Shown here piece by piece: positions 8,500 to 18,382 of a DNA stretch of 64,000 bases (within the stretch, counting starts at the first letter, position 1; the number at the start of each line of letters is the position of its first letter). Under the pieces are notes generated by a model that saw nothing but the letters and a program-made list of their open reading frames with translations, made no database searches and had not been told where the DNA came from. The position numbers and the translations under genes were made by a program. Origin of the DNA: a virus (taxonomy: Duplodnaviria; Caudoviricetes); IMG/VR virus record IMGVR_UViG_3300028588_000015, positions 161,548 through 225,547 of that record. One strand, written 5' to 3'.

Positions 8500-9519
8500 T
8501 TATCGAATATTCGGTGCCGTGACGTTGCCAGTTGACTTGATCGAGTCTACCGCCAACATGCCGCCACCCGCAAAGTCAAAACCACCACTCAGCGAGGAGA
8601 TGCTACCGCCCACCGCGAAGCCGCCCGAGAAGGTGGCTTTCTGCGTGACATTAAGTTTACCACTGATGCTGTAGTCACCTTTATGGTTGGTCTTGGCGGT
8701 GATAGTGTTGTCATCCGCTGTCAACTCATTGGTGGACGCCGTGATGACGTTCTTGGTCGCTTTCAAGGTATTGTTGGTAATCGTACCAATCATGTCAGTG
8801 GCGTCGATCGTGACCTTTTTGGATTTAAGAGCAATCAAGTCTTCAGCTTCAAAGTGAATCTCGCGCTTGTCAATCAGGACTCTGGAGCCATCGTTGTTGA
8901 GCATCTCCAGCTGCCGCTCAATCGAATTGAGCATAAACGACTGGCCGAGCGTATCTTGGATTTGCAGGAAGCCTTCGGCGCCATTGATCTGGATATCGAA
9001 ACCGGCTTTTTCTTTATTGGCCACCGAGGTATGTAAGTGGATGATTTTGGTATGGGTCGACAATTCGATGAAGTAACAGTTGTTGATGTCGAATGGCGCC
9101 TTTTCATCAGGATTGGCACTGAACGCCCAGACCACTGTTTCCAACTTACGCAGCCCAAGGTCATCCATCTCGGTCCAGTAATACGGTTCGGCTTCATCGA
9201 ACTGCCAGACCATCACTCGTGAACCGCGACGCAAGTCCGGCGGCGACAAACGGTTGCCGCGGGCAAAAGGTAGCCAGATGGCCTTGATAGAGTTAGAGGT
9301 ATCGGTCTCAACACTATACGCAGAACCATCCATGTCGGTGCCGGATGCCTTCAGCTTTTCGATATTGTCCGACAACTCACCATCGACCATCTGGAGTTGC
9401 TCGACCAAGACCACTTCAATTTCTTCGTTAAACGGTTTCTTGGGGTCGCCTGACGCTAGGGGTTTGTTGGCGGCCACATAGCCAATCGAGCGAAATACCA
9501 AACGAGATGGACTCAACAT
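8500..9519 (-). CDS. Baseplate central spike-like protein (OB-fold plus beta-helix type)
   Basis: C-terminal half has alternating small/hydrophobic beta repeats (NTLKATKNVITASTNELTADDNTITAKT...) as in gpV/gp5-type spikes. Confidence 0.6.
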   Translation of the reverse strand: MLSPSRLVFRSIGYVAANKPLASGDPKKPFNEEIEVVLVEQLQMVDGELSDNIEKLKASGTDMDGSAYSVETDTSNSIKAIWLPFARGNRLSPPDLRRGSRVMVWQFDEAEPYYWTEMDDLGLRKLETVVWAFSANPDEKAPFDINNCYFIELSTHTKIIHLHTSVANKEKAGFDIQINGAEGFLQIQDTLGQSFMLNSIERQLEMLNNDGSRVLIDKREIHFEAEDLIALKSKKVTIDATDMIGTITNNTLKATKNVITASTNELTADDNTITAKTNHKGDYSISGKLNVTQKATFSGGFAVGGSISSLSGGFDFAGGGMLAVDSIKSTGNVTAPNIR

Positions 9520-9590
9520 TTTCTTTTATTCCTTATCAAAAATTACGCACTTGGCACATGCTGTAGGCAAGCAAAACCAATAAGGCTAAC

Positions 9591-12143
9591 ATGAGATACA
9601 TTTCAATCGAAGTCAATCTACTCAAGCGTTTGCGCTTGAGTGGCATTCGGCGTCTCAAAATGACTTTCGAAGAAGTCATGCAACTTATCCTCGGCTCGAA
9701 TGGCAGCGGTAAGTCCTCGTTACTATACGAGGTGTCGATGTTGCCCGCAGAACCTTCGCGTTACGAGAAGGGTGGTAGCGCGATCGTGACGGCCGAAGCC
9801 GACGATGGTTACACTTATACCGCCACCACTGTGTTTGAACCTTCGACACGCTGTAAACTCGTGCGACACACCGACGAGGGGGATGTTGTTCTGAATAACT
9901 GGGGCACAGCATCGGCGCAGCGTTCTGAAGTTGAAAAGATTTTCAAGATGACGCCCGAGGTACGTAACTTGATCCTCGGTAAAGAACGTTTGACCCGCTT
10001 CGGGCCGGGTAAACGACGTGAGTGGTTCATGCGGTTGAACAACGCGAACTATGATTATGCGCTGGCGGTATTTGACCGCGCTAAGAAAGAATTCAACGAT
10101 CTCTCCGCTACGCTGCGTAAGACAAAAGAACGGTTGGTGGCAGAACAAGGTAAGGTCGTCTCACCAGAAGAGGCTAAGAAGCTGCAAGACGAAGTCGACC
10201 AAATGTATCGTGACATGGAAATGTTGTCCGAGAACCGGGCACCTGTCACGCGGGCCTCGCAAACCTACGAGAGCGAACAGAAGCAGCAGCTGGCGGAACT
10301 GGATGCACTCACGAAACAACTTTTCAGGTTGCGGTTTGTGGCGCCGTACGCCGGTCACGCACTGTCCCGGGAACGTCCGTCGTTTGGTTCCTTGATCGAA
10401 ATCAATGCCGAGATCGAGCGCTTGAAAGGTGAACTCATTTCGCGTAACGCTTTGATCGACAAAGCAGTGAAAGAGCATGACCGCCTGCAACAGCAATTCG
10501 ATGTGTTGTCCAAGACCGGTGAACAGGGTTTGGTAGCACTGCATCAGCGCTTTAAGGCAGTGCATTTGCGTAAAATCGATGTCCTCGCCACGAGGACGCT
10601 GGTGGACGTGATCGAGAAACTGGACAGCATCCACCCCATCAATGGTTTGGGCGCACTGGAGTCGCTCTGGGACACGCTGGAAGACCTTTCCAGTTCTATA
10701 CCGGATAACAATGAACGTATCTATGGCCAAGCCAAGATTCCAGCACTGACGGAAGAAATGATGCAGGCCACGCGTGCGTTCAATACCGCCCAAAATGCGT
10801 TGGAGAAACTGCAAGCCCGTAAAGTGCATGCGGAGCAACATCGCGGCAACGGTGAAACCACTTGCCCCAAGTGCGCTTACCGCTGGACGATCGGGTATAA
10901 CGAAGACGAATACAAACGGCTACTCAACGGGATCGCTGTCTACGAAGAACAAGTTGTGCAAGCCAAAGCGGGCATGCGTGACGTAGAAGAACGCATCGCT
11001 AAGAATTACGAGTACGGGGAAAAGTACCGCAGCTTCATCCGGCTGACCCAAGCTTGGCCAGTCCTTGCCCCGCTCTGGGACTATTTGATCGCCAACGAAT
11101 ACATGGTCACCAAAGCACGGATGACCATGGGTTTTGTCGATCGTTTCCGTCATGACCTACAAATCATGAAGGACGCACTGAGACTGGACGCTGAACTCGG
11201 TGAGATTGCCCAATTGATCGAATCGGCAGAAAAGCTCGGGGATGCGTCGCTAACCGACGTGCGTTTGGGACTGGAGCAATGGAACCATGAAGTCGAACAC
11301 CTGAGCCAAGAACGGGTGGCCTTGCAAAAAGACATCAACGACTACCAGACGTACTACCGCCAAATGAGCGAAGGTATCGAACTGGGCCGCCGCATCCGCC
11401 AATTGCGCAGTGACGTGGTGAATGTCAACCAAGAGTGGATTGAGATGTTGCGCCGGGAAACCATCCTGCACTGCATCAATCAGTTGCGCACGTCGCTACT
11501 GCGTAAGGAAGAAACCCTATCTTACATGACCACGCAAAAAGCCCGGGTGGAAGACATTGAAGAACAGATTCGCCAACTCACCATCGAAGAAGAAGCAGCG
11601 CGCTTGGTGGTACGTGAACTGTCACCCACCGAAGGCTTGATCGCCGAAGGGTTGCTGGGTTTCATTCAGCACTTTGTTGGCCAGATGAACGTTGTTATCA
11701 AGCGCATCTGGTCGTACCCGCTGGTGGTGCAAGATTGCGCGATCGAGACGTCGGGCGGCACGGAACTGGATTACAAGTTCCCGGTGGTGGTCAATGATCA
11801 AGATGAGCCAATCGACGATGTGGCCGACGGCAGTACCGGCATCATGGAAATCATTGACTTGGCGTTTCGTATTACCGCCATGCAGTCTTTGGGCTTGGCC
11901 AACAGTCCACTCTTCCTGGATGAATTTGGTGCCAGCTTTGACAAGTACCACCAAAACGCAGCTACCATGACGATTCTGAATATCATGGAGGAACGTCAAT
12001 TCACCCAACTCTTCATGGTGTCGCACTATGAAGCCAGTTACGGTGCAATGACCAACGCAGACATCTGTGTGCTGTGCCCGAGTAACATCACTGTGCCGAG
12101 TGACGGCCTTTACAACCAACATGTAGAAATGGAGTACGCATGA
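9591..12143 (+). CDS. sbcC: SbcC/Rad50-like ATPase (phiKZ gp165-like)
   Basis: Walker A GSNGSGKSS, long coiled coil with central CPKC zinc hook, signature-like DGSTG, Walker B LFLDEFG, H-loop MVSH. Confidence 0.92.
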   Translation: MRYISIEVNLLKRLRLSGIRRLKMTFEEVMQLILGSNGSGKSSLLYEVSMLPAEPSRYEKGGSAIVTAEADDGYTYTATTVFEPSTRCKLVRHTDEGDVVLNNWGTASAQRSEVEKIFKMTPEVRNLILGKERLTRFGPGKRREWFMRLNNANYDYALAVFDRAKKEFNDLSATLRKTKERLVAEQGKVVSPEEAKKLQDEVDQMYRDMEMLSENRAPVTRASQTYESEQKQQLAELDALTKQLFRLRFVAPYAGHALSRERPSFGSLIEINAEIERLKGELISRNALIDKAVKEHDRLQQQFDVLSKTGEQGLVALHQRFKAVHLRKIDVLATRTLVDVIEKLDSIHPINGLGALESLWDTLEDLSSSIPDNNERIYGQAKIPALTEEMMQATRAFNTAQNALEKLQARKVHAEQHRGNGETTCPKCAYRWTIGYNEDEYKRLLNGIAVYEEQVVQAKAGMRDVEERIAKNYEYGEKYRSFIRLTQAWPVLAPLWDYLIANEYMVTKARMTMGFVDRFRHDLQIMKDALRLDAELGEIAQLIESAEKLGDASLTDVRLGLEQWNHEVEHLSQERVALQKDINDYQTYYRQMSEGIELGRRIRQLRSDVVNVNQEWIEMLRRETILHCINQLRTSLLRKEETLSYMTTQKARVEDIEEQIRQLTIEEEAARLVVRELSPTEGLIAEGLLGFIQHFVGQMNVVIKRIWSYPLVVQDCAIETSGGTELDYKFPVVVNDQDEPIDDVADGSTGIMEIIDLAFRITAMQSLGLANSPLFLDEFGASFDKYHQNAATMTILNIMEERQFTQLFMVSHYEASYGAMTNADICVLCPSNITVPSDGLYNQHVEMEYA

Positions 12144-13213
12144 ACCAAGAACCCAAACAAGACGCCAATGAAGTTGTAGGTCTGCGCGAGGCCATCCTGC
12201 GTCTGGCGAGCGCCCAGAACCAAGTGGCGGAGGCCATGTTGGCGATCTACCAGTTGACGAAAGCACAAGGACTCGTGCTCGACCTACTGGTGTCCGAGAA
12301 ACACATCCCGATGGGTGACGCGGGTGGTATGGTGACGACGCTGGTGCCGGAAATCACGACACCAGTACCAGAACAAGATGTTACGCTGGATGACGCGACC
12401 ACGGAGAAGCCGGGCCTAGTCCGTCTCATCATGGCCGCAGGTGCCGGCGAGAAAGAAGCCATCCACCTCTACAATGAAGTTGCTAGGGATGCCAAACAAA
12501 ACGACGTCAGCCCGACACAAAAAGAATCTGGCGATACGGGCGCCGCCGATAATTTCCGCGCCCAGATGACATTCGAAAGCCCGCCACTGGGTGGCCCAAA
12601 GCCGATCGGTTTTGGCGACAACGCTCTGGACAGCGCAGTCGAGAAAGTCAGCGTCCACTATGAAGAGGAAATGGGCGCGCGTCGGACTGAAGTAGCCAAA
12701 CGGCTTGCTGAAGGCACGATTCCAGTCGAGGATACCGTCCCGATGCCCGAAGAAATGCCGCACCCGCAACCTGACCCAGCCGCAAAAAGTTTCAACTATG
12801 TGGCACGGCAGTTGCGGCCCATGCTTCAAGAGTTGTTGTCGCATCACGTGATCGAGAATGGTAAAGGTAATGTCGCGATGAAACACTACAACGCCGACAT
12901 TATGAAAGTGTCGCAGGATCACTGCTTCCGTTGGCCGTCCGGCTTTTACCGTTCCGATGTCGACAACACTGTCCAATTATTCCTGAATATCAAGGAAAAC
13001 AACAGGACGGTATTGTTGATACTGCCTTCGTTATATTCGGCCGGCAAATACCAACAATTGTACGTGACCGAAATGCAGCCGGCCACTATTCTCTGGCGAG
13101 ACGATGGTGGAGTTATCCGGGTAATCAACGACGAGACGCAGATCACTATCCGCGAGACCCTGATGCCATCCTTCGAAAACCTGTTCCGGACGTATCTCGA
13201 AAACCTGAAGTAA
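12140..13213 (+). CDS. Hypothetical protein with acidic, low-complexity central region
   Basis: 357-aa ORF overlapping the sbcC stop by 4 bp; ends at a terminator. Confidence 0.7.
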   Translation: MNQEPKQDANEVVGLREAILRLASAQNQVAEAMLAIYQLTKAQGLVLDLLVSEKHIPMGDAGGMVTTLVPEITTPVPEQDVTLDDATTEKPGLVRLIMAAGAGEKEAIHLYNEVARDAKQNDVSPTQKESGDTGAADNFRAQMTFESPPLGGPKPIGFGDNALDSAVEKVSVHYEEEMGARRTEVAKRLAEGTIPVEDTVPMPEEMPHPQPDPAAKSFNYVARQLRPMLQELLSHHVIENGKGNVAMKHYNADIMKVSQDHCFRWPSGFYRSDVDNTVQLFLNIKENNRTVLLILPSLYSAGKYQQLYVTEMQPATILWRDDGGVIRVINDETQITIRETLMPSFENLFRTYLENLK

Positions 13214-13219
13214 TCTATC

Positions 13220-13267
13220 CGGCATAAAAAGACCAGCACCTATTTCCAAGGTGCTGGTCTTATGCCG
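13220..13267. terminator. Bidirectional terminator flanked by CGGCATA / TATGCCG
   Basis: CGGCATAAAAA-GACCAGCACC-N9-GGTGCTGGTC-TTATGCCG between convergent genes. Confidence 0.8.
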
Positions 13268-13269
13268 CA

Positions 13270-13899
13270 TTATGGACGGACGGACGGATTCAACTGCGTT
13301 TGGATGTAATTCGTGAGCGCAGTCACTTGTTGCTGTAAACTGTCTGCTCGGTCGCGCTCGGCAAGAAAACGACCGTAGTCGGTGGTGGTCACCGTCATGT
13401 TGTTTTCTCGTGTAGACTCGATGATGACGTGGTCATCGTACGTTTTCAAAAGCGGCAAAGTGGTGACGATGGTCTTACTGAGTGCATCCACCCCGATCGT
13501 CTCTTTCACCGTTTCTGTCAGACGGAGTTTCAGTGGCGCGATATCGAAATCCATGGGCAGGATAGACAGGTCCAAGGCCACCATCAGGCCTTGGTATTTC
13601 ACGCCATCCACCTGGGGCATCTCGATGAAGTAGGACGATGGCACCACAATCGGCTCACTCACACCCGACTGCAATGTTACCAGAACAGCCCCGGCCACCA
13701 CATCGCGTACGAAATCTGCTTGGCTTAATTCTAGGGGCGTATAGAACATCTCTACCACATCGATGCCATTACCGGAAGCGTCACTGATCGTACGCACGCC
13801 GGTACAGGTGTATTCCAGTTCCGGGTTGAGCAGATTGTCAAGAGGTGCGTCGAGGCGGAACTGCCCCTTGGCACCTACATTGGGCATATAGATCGACAC
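13270..13899 (-). CDS. Conserved jumbo-phage hypothetical/virion protein
   Basis: 209-aa ORF co-transcribed with the upstream gene; C-terminal short coiled coil. Confidence 0.6.
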   Translation of the reverse strand: MSIYMPNVGAKGQFRLDAPLDNLLNPELEYTCTGVRTISDASGNGIDVVEMFYTPLELSQADFVRDVVAGAVLVTLQSGVSEPIVVPSSYFIEMPQVDGVKYQGLMVALDLSILPMDFDIAPLKLRLTETVKETIGVDALSKTIVTTLPLLKTYDDHVIIESTRENNMTVTTTDYGRFLAERDRADSLQQQVTALTNYIQTQLNPSVRP

Positions 13900-13901
13900 G
13901 A

Positions 13902-15233
13902 TTAGCCTCCCTGCGCCGGTACGAACTCGTCAGCGTAGTTAGCCCGTACCGCCATCAGGAAGTTAACGTTGCCGACGTTGGTCACCAAGTAAATGGTACC
14001 GTTGCGTTTGCTACGCGTCATCCCGTGCGGCACGCTGGAGAACTCGGTCATCTTCTCAGCTTCCACCAGTTGGCGTTGCAAAATGTCGAGCCAGTCCTTC
14101 GTTGCCTGGGCCATGCGGTTGTAATCCTGACTGGCGGTCGGAACCGACAAGTAATCTGGATAAAAGTCCGTGATTTTGAACTTGCCTTCACGGTTGTCTG
14201 GGCTACCCACGACAATGAGGGAAAGCGAATTGTACGGGTGTCCCATCACCGTGGTGTTCTCATTAATATGAGCATCGGTGTATGCCGGCGCCAGTTCCTT
14301 GACTCGTGCTACGATCTTATTGATCGACAGCACGGGGGAGTAGACGCCGCCTGGTTGCGTCATGCGCGGACTGATCGCATACTGGAACCACGACGGGATG
14401 ATCAGGCATTCCGTGCGCCGAAACAAATCTGGCAGGATTTGGCTCCACTCTTCCCTGGTATGCGTGCTGTGACCAAGGATGTAGTCGATGAGTGCATCGC
14501 TGATGCTGTCGACGTTATTGCCCGCCGCGCCGTAAATCAGCAGACCCCAGTTCGAGGGGACGCGGTGCGAAGGAAAAAGTGGATCGACGTAATCGTACGT
14601 TGCATCCGTCATGATGGTGTAGGGCTTGCCGTTGCTTGCATCCTGCATGCGCGCCACCATGGTCTTGATCGTCAGGCTCGAGAGCATGAGATCGACTTCG
14701 GTACCGGTCTTGAAGAAGTTGTCCAGCACGTCGGTAGGTGGCACCACGGTGATTTCGAATTCGTCGTATTGGAGACGGAAGTTTTCGTCAGCGAACCAGA
14801 TGCGCAGCTCGTTGCTGTCCACTCCTGCGATATTTTTGGCTTTCCATGCGAGCCATTCCGGCACGTAGTACTGGCCATCGGTAACCATCTCGCCACAGGT
14901 AAACGCTTCGCCGCTGGTGGCGAAGTCAGCGAACAGATTCTCCAGCAAAACATCGCTGAAGACTTCGCCCGAATTGTTCAGGGTGTTGCTATAGACATAC
15001 TTGGCCACCGCCAGTACATGGGCCACCAGCGCCGGCGGAATGGTCGTGGCGACCCCGTCCTGTTTGCAGAAGAAACTGTGCAGCGTGAGGTTGGGGGAAG
15101 CATCCGAGATGTATTGGCCAACGTCCCGGGCATAAGTTGCCGCTTCCGTGGACAGTTCACCAAACGGGGCAATCGTGTCCGCTTGGTTGTTCACGAATTG
15201 CGAATGAGGGATAAAACCTTTCAGTACCAGCAT
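13902..15233 (-). CDS. Conserved jumbo-phage virion structural protein
   Basis: 443-aa ORF, GGAG RBS before the ATG, strong codon bias; family assignment is from recall only. Confidence 0.6.
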   Translation of the reverse strand: MLVLKGFIPHSQFVNNQADTIAPFGELSTEAATYARDVGQYISDASPNLTLHSFFCKQDGVATTIPPALVAHVLAVAKYVYSNTLNNSGEVFSDVLLENLFADFATSGEAFTCGEMVTDGQYYVPEWLAWKAKNIAGVDSNELRIWFADENFRLQYDEFEITVVPPTDVLDNFFKTGTEVDLMLSSLTIKTMVARMQDASNGKPYTIMTDATYDYVDPLFPSHRVPSNWGLLIYGAAGNNVDSISDALIDYILGHSTHTREEWSQILPDLFRRTECLIIPSWFQYAISPRMTQPGGVYSPVLSINKIVARVKELAPAYTDAHINENTTVMGHPYNSLSLIVVGSPDNREGKFKITDFYPDYLSVPTASQDYNRMAQATKDWLDILQRQLVEAEKMTEFSSVPHGMTRSKRNGTIYLVTNVGNVNFLMAVRANYADEFVPAQGG

Positions 15234-15367
15234 TGGGGTCTCCTGCGTGTGAACACGCGTGAAGGATAAGAAATATCAAATATCTTGACAAAAGGAAACC
15301 ATTCTGCTGTACTACGCAAAATGGTAAAACCGAACTATAAAATACTGAGAGAAGGCGCAAACACACT

Positions 15368-15802
15368 ATGTTAACTGCATTCAAAATCTTGACGATGCTC
15401 TGGCCCTTCGTCAAAGAAATGCTCTTTGGCCAGAAAAAAGCAGGACAAATCCTTACCGAACACAAAGCCATGGTGGCGATGATGGTATTGATTGTTGCGT
15501 CGGTAGCGTTAAACGCTTTTCTCATCAAACGTGTCGTGGGTATTTCGCAAGAATATCTGATTCTCAAGAAACATGTCAAGGAAGTAGAATCGGCGCCCAT
15601 TCCGATCAAGGAAAAGAAAGAAATACCGGCAATGATTACGCCACCCCGCCAGTCCAATGATTCGCACCCCGAGGTCAAAGTCACTCCGGTGGTAGTGACA
15701 CCAAAAAAGAAACGGGATGCGCGCCGGTATCGGCAACTGCAAAATTCCTTTACGACGATTCAGGAGCGTGAAGGTAAAGAACTCTCTACCCCAGCTGAAT
15801 GA
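15368..15802 (+). CDS. Single-TM membrane protein, candidate inner-membrane spanin (Rz-like)
   Basis: TM AMVAMMVLIVASVALNAFLI followed by a soluble tail; directly upstream of a lipoprotein gene. Confidence 0.45.
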   Translation: MLTAFKILTMLWPFVKEMLFGQKKAGQILTEHKAMVAMMVLIVASVALNAFLIKRVVGISQEYLILKKHVKEVESAPIPIKEKKEIPAMITPPRQSNDSHPEVKVTPVVVTPKKKRDARRYRQLQNSFTTIQEREGKELSTPAE

Positions 15803-15812
15803 AGGAGCCATC

Positions 15813-16199
15813 GTGATCAAGCGACCTTATCTCACCATTCCCGCAATGCTTGTGTTCGCATTACTGGGGTGCAGTAGTTTTAACAGTTACCAGTACCCAC
15901 CACCCATTGTGGTGGTGGGTAACACCGATACACCAAGTGCACCAGCCACGGCAATAACGGTGGCAGACGCGTGTGTTTACCCAAGACGTGAACGCGACAC
16001 GCCTCCAGAAGTACCGCTTAAGGAGTTGGCCAAGGTTGATCCATTCGACGACGCTGCATTGGATGCGATCCAGCAAAAGCATATCAGAGAATTACGGGCA
16101 TTTATCCAGCAAGAACGAAAGGCTGAAGAAGATGCTTACCAAGCTTACTTGAAACGTTGCGAAAACTACCTACGGATGACCGTAAAAAATACGGGGTAG
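15813..16199 (+). CDS. Lipoprotein, candidate outer-membrane spanin (Rz1-like)
   Basis: AAGGAG RBS at 15802-15807 then GTG at 15813; signal KRPYLTIPAMLVFALLG-C (lipobox LLGC); Pro-rich linker, extra Cys residues, C-terminal helix. Confidence 0.55.
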   Translation: MIKRPYLTIPAMLVFALLGCSSFNSYQYPPPIVVVGNTDTPSAPATAITVADACVYPRRERDTPPEVPLKELAKVDPFDDAALDAIQQKHIRELRAFIQQERKAEEDAYQAYLKRCENYLRMTVKNTG

Positions 16200-16239
16200 G
16201 CAGATTTTGTAGAGTAGGCTTAATTATGAGGAAAAAAGG

Positions 16240-17802
16240 ATGAGTGAAGAAAATGCAGTAGATCAGGGGATGGTCTGGTACTCCGATGGCGGCTGCCGCC
16301 CGAAGTCACGTGGCTTTGGTGGCTACGGTATCCACGGTTTCTTGTACAAAGTCACCCCGCCGAAAAAGGGTATTGGTTTGTCGGGGGTCATGACCACCGA
16401 CGAAGGCTACAAAGACAAAGCTGAACTGGAATCGCCAGATGTTTCCGAAGAATTCCTTGACGGTGAAATGACGGCGGCGGAATACAAGAAAGCCAATGCA
16501 CCGACGTTCAGTCCGGTAACACCACTCCAATACTTCGACGGCATGGGTTCACTTGGCACGGACGATAACCCGGTAACCAACAACTACGCGGAAGTCATGG
16601 GTGCCATGCGGGCGTTCCAAGAAGCTGCCAAGTTCGATGTCAAGCGCGTCGTGCTGTATAGCGACAGCGAATACGTGATCCAAGGCTTGGAGAAGAATGC
16701 GGCCAACTGGGCCAAGGCAGGATGGGTCAAACCGGATGGTGAACCACGCCCCAATGCCGAGACCTGGAAAGAACTGCTCGCCTGGCGTGACACACTGGTC
16801 GAACGCGGGGTGTCGATCGAAGCCAAATGGGTACGGGGGCACAACGATGATGTTGGCAACGAGCGTGCCGATAGCTACGCTACCATCGGCGTCATGCACA
16901 GCATGGCGGGTGAGCAAAAGGAAACGCTGGAGCGTTCTCCCGCAGACGGTTACTGGGGCTACGAAGCCACCCGTGATCCTCTCCTGTTCCAGCGTCGTAT
17001 CTATTTCAATACCGATACCAACCATTTCAAGCCGGGCGAGTACTTTACCGGCAGCCATGGCAAAGACGACGAAGACGTCGGTATCCGTACTGCGGAAGCG
17101 TGTTGCGGCATCGTGCGCTTGCACAAACCCGACAGCGTGATCGATGCAGTCCGAGTCCACCAAGCCAAGGTGTGCGACAACGTCGGCTACGTGGCCATGA
17201 TCAAGGTCGACAGTCTGTTCCGGCCTGACACGCATCGTCAAGTGAGCGCGTATGGGCCCTTCGCCACGGTGCGTCCGCGGCCCTACAAGTTCGATCTCGA
17301 ATGTACCGACGAAGAACCGATGACCCGGGTGTTCGTCCCGCCACGCACCTCGATGCGTGTGATCGAGGCCTTGACCAGCCTCGATGAAAAGCTGGCGTGG
17401 TACCTGGCAAAGGACCCACGGATCGTTATTACGGACATGACACCTATCTTGTATGAGACGGTCGTTAAAACCCCCAAGAGCGGTCCACCGACTACCCATC
17501 AGGTCCTGAAAGACATCTACAACGTGGGATACGCTGCATTGCGTCTGGAGGCCAACTACAAGTCGGTCGACGGAACCATTCAGGCTGTGCCGATTACCCT
17601 CAATCTCGGCGTGGACATGCCTGACCGCAATGCACTGAAACGGATGGAGGTTAACACCCCCGTCGTCACGTTGATCAGCTGGGAAGAAGCCGACTACGTT
17701 TTCCGCTATGCGGTCGTGGTCGAAACCACCAGCGGGATGGGTATTTACGCCGGCGTGTACAGTAACATCCGCATGTTGGAACGTGCTGACAAACCGAAGT
17801 AA
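16240..17802 (+). CDS. rnhA: Ribonuclease HI with long C-terminal extension (phiKZ gp155-like)
   Basis: WYSDGGC, TNNYAE, LYSDSEYV and WVRGH..DVGNERADSYA give the D-E-D-D catalytic set. Confidence 0.92.
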   Translation: MSEENAVDQGMVWYSDGGCRPKSRGFGGYGIHGFLYKVTPPKKGIGLSGVMTTDEGYKDKAELESPDVSEEFLDGEMTAAEYKKANAPTFSPVTPLQYFDGMGSLGTDDNPVTNNYAEVMGAMRAFQEAAKFDVKRVVLYSDSEYVIQGLEKNAANWAKAGWVKPDGEPRPNAETWKELLAWRDTLVERGVSIEAKWVRGHNDDVGNERADSYATIGVMHSMAGEQKETLERSPADGYWGYEATRDPLLFQRRIYFNTDTNHFKPGEYFTGSHGKDDEDVGIRTAEACCGIVRLHKPDSVIDAVRVHQAKVCDNVGYVAMIKVDSLFRPDTHRQVSAYGPFATVRPRPYKFDLECTDEEPMTRVFVPPRTSMRVIEALTSLDEKLAWYLAKDPRIVITDMTPILYETVVKTPKSGPPTTHQVLKDIYNVGYAALRLEANYKSVDGTIQAVPITLNLGVDMPDRNALKRMEVNTPVVTLISWEEADYVFRYAVVVETTSGMGIYAGVYSNIRMLERADKPK

Positions 17803-17836
17803 CGTCACACAGGGCTTTCCTTTCTTTAACCTAAAC

Positions 17837-18322
17837 ATGACTCACCGAGTGTTCCAAAACCGCTCGGTAGGTCTTTGGAGTTTCTTTGCCATGAGTTTAT
17901 CCAATCTGCGGGAGGTAGCAAAACAGAAAGCTGTCCGCTTTTTTGGCGCGCATTTACCGGTTCGTATGAAACGGCTGGTACACATTGCGTCACTCGGAGC
18001 CTATCTCAAAGGCTCGACGTCCCTCGACGACGCCACGATGAACAAGCTCAATACCGTCATGGGATTGGGCAGCAACGCTAAGGCCCTGAAACTGCCTGTG
18101 TTGCTATCACGCGTGATATGGGATGGCAAGATCCAGACACATGATCTCAAAATGGAGACACCGCTGACAGTTACGCCGGAAGTCATGGCGCAAATGAAAG
18201 CACGCTGCATGAAGGGTACACCCCGATGGCTGCGTTATGGTGAGGACACGCTGATCGAAAGCGAAGTGGGCAAACTGCTGACGATGTTCCAAAGTTCGCA
18301 GGAAGTGAAATCTTCGTCATAA
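17837..18322 (+). CDS. Hypothetical protein
   Basis: Likely start MTHRVFQ at 17837 within the track ORF 17708..18322; ends at a terminator. Confidence 0.55.
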   Translation: MTHRVFQNRSVGLWSFFAMSLSNLREVAKQKAVRFFGAHLPVRMKRLVHIASLGAYLKGSTSLDDATMNKLNTVMGLGSNAKALKLPVLLSRVIWDGKIQTHDLKMETPLTVTPEVMAQMKARCMKGTPRWLRYGEDTLIESEVGKLLTMFQSSQEVKSSS

Positions 18323-18326
18323 AAGT

Positions 18327-18376
18327 AAAACACCTATCCCGGACTGGCGGAGTCCCGGGATAGGTGTTTTATGCCG
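18327..18376. terminator. Bidirectional terminator followed by TATGCCG
   Basis: AAAACACCTATCCCGGACT / AGTCCCGGGATAGGTGTTTT stem with one bulge, between convergent genes. Confidence 0.8.
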
Positions 18377-18382
18377 CCTACA

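Noticed and set aside
13845-15269. 474-aa plus-strand ORF
   Set aside because: Antisense shadow of 13902..15233(-), which has the RBS and operon context.
15285-15313. Sigma70-like promoter TTGACA-N17-TGTACT
   Set aside because: The -10 match is poor and phiKZ-like phages use their own RNAPs; could be chance in an AT-rich gap.
16549-17838. 429-aa minus-strand ORF
   Set aside because: Antisense to RNase H; no independent support.
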